Program-made: the position numbers and the translations under genes
Origin: Candidatus Latescibacterota bacterium
GTDB lineage: Bacteria > Latescibacterota > UBA2968 > UBA8231
Length of the DNA stretch: 64,000 nt
Direction: 5' to 3'
Assembly: GCA_965221775.1 (NCBI GenBank)
Contig: CBDCSU010000004.1
Coordinates: forward strand, 192,001-256,000
Shown here: in pieces, positions 62,985 to 64,000 of the stretch
How the letters are laid out: each line of letters opens with the position of its first letter
How positions within the stretch are numbered: the first letter of the stretch is position 1
The notes under the pieces: generated by a model
Told to the model about the DNA's origin: nothing
The model's input: the letters and a program-made list of their open reading frames with translations, nothing else
The model's database searches: none

Positions 62985-64000
62985 GAATCCTGGTCACCGG
63001 CATCACGGGCCGCATCGGCGCCAATCTGGCGGCCCGGCTCGCGCAGGGCGGGCACGAGGTCCGAGGTCTGGTGTGGGAGGGGGACCGGCGTACCGGCAAG
63101 CTGGAAGGCCTCGGCGTGGAACTGGTCGAGGGCAGCCTGACCGAACCCGGGGACGTGGACTCGGCAGTGGACGGCATGGAGGCGGTCTATCACCTCGGGG
63201 CGGCCTTCCAGGGCGGGGGGCCTTTCACCGAGGAGGACTACTTCCGCGCCAACGTGGGCGGCACCTTCCACGTCCTGGAGGCCTGCCGGCGCCAGCCCGG
63301 GTTCCGGCACCTGCTCTTCGCCAGCAGCGACGCCCTCTACGAGAAGTACGTCCCCGGAGGCCTGGATGGCCCGATCACCGAGGACATGCCGCGGCGCCCT
63401 TCGGGCTGGTATGCCCTGTCGAAGGCCCTCGGGGAGGAGATGTGCGAGGGGTACTGGCGCAGTTGCCGGCTGCCGGTGACGATCCTGCGCTTCTCCATGG
63501 TCCTCGGCGCCGGGGAGGTCCTCGACTTCCCGCAGTTCTACCTCAGCCGGATGAAGGAGGGCCGCCCCGAGCTCGAGGCTCTATGGGAAGGGGAGGAGCG
63601 CCTGGTGCTGTTGAAGGACGACGCCGGACGGCCCTGGATGAAGCACGTGGCCGACGTGCGCGACATCGTCCAGGGCTGCCTCTGCGCCCTCGGCAGGGAG
63701 CGGGCCCATGGCCGGCGGTACCAGCTGGCGGGTCCCCGGGCCTTCACCTGGGACGAGGTCATCTACCGGCTCACCGAGATCCTGGGGATCCCTTTCGTCG
63801 AAGCCCGGCCGGGAGGGATACCCACCCGCTACGAGTTCGATCTGACACGCGCGATGCAGGAGCTGGGTTTCCGGCCCGAGTACGACATCGTGCGCATGAT
63901 CGTCGATGCCCTTTCCCATCGCCGGGGGGAGCCGACGGGCGTCGTCCCTACACACCAGAGCCGGGCGGCCGCAGGAGAGAGGAAGGCATGGGGAGTGACC
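62981..64000 (+). CDS. NAD-dependent epimerase/dehydratase family protein, runs off the window end
   Basis: GTG overlapping the upstream stop; VRILVTGITGRIG, FASS, YALSK. No stop before 64000. Confidence 0.88.
   Translation, partial: MRILVTGITGRIGANLAARLAQGGHEVRGLVWEGDRRTGKLEGLGVELVEGSLTEPGDVDSAVDGMEAVYHLGAAFQGGGPFTEEDYFRANVGGTFHVLEACRRQPGFRHLLFASSDALYEKYVPGGLDGPITEDMPRRPSGWYALSKALGEEMCEGYWRSCRLPVTILRFSMVLGAGEVLDFPQFYLSRMKEGRPELEALWEGEERLVLLKDDAGRPWMKHVADVRDIVQGCLCALGRERAHGRRYQLAGPRAFTWDEVIYRLTEILGIPFVEARPGGIPTRYEFDLTRAMQELGFRPEYDIVRMIVDALSHRRGEPTGVVPTHQSRAAAGERKAWGVT

Overview
High-GC bacterial chromosomal window with about 50 CDS and one tRNA-Thr(CGT). The gene content (TonB-dependent receptors, PorV-like barrels, a T9SS-type C-terminal sorting domain, many PhyH, Gfo/Idh/MocA and CAZyme-like genes) suggests a deep-branching FCB-group organism such as Latescibacterota; this is inference only. 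Housekeeping genes (serS, ftsA, ssb, eno, ppx/gppA) are scattered among catabolic genes. The most notable element is a compositionally distinct islet at about 23.6-27.3 kb. It holds a HicA-like toxin remnant, a sulfotransferase, a Rad50/SbcC-like zinc-hook ATPase with a C-terminal HEPN-like domain, and a coupled stand-alone HEPN-like gene hidden inside a longer ORF-track entry; together these are a candidate two-component RloC-like defence system. Other leads are a TBDR + T9SS-cargo + PorV triad, a SerRS with altered active-site motifs, an orphan ftsA sharing a perfectly palindromic divergent promoter with ssb, a wzi-GT2-radical SAM-GT2 operon, and a Usp-Usp-PTS EIIA fusion coupled to Ppx/GppA. 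All family assignments come from motif recognition by eye; no searches were run.
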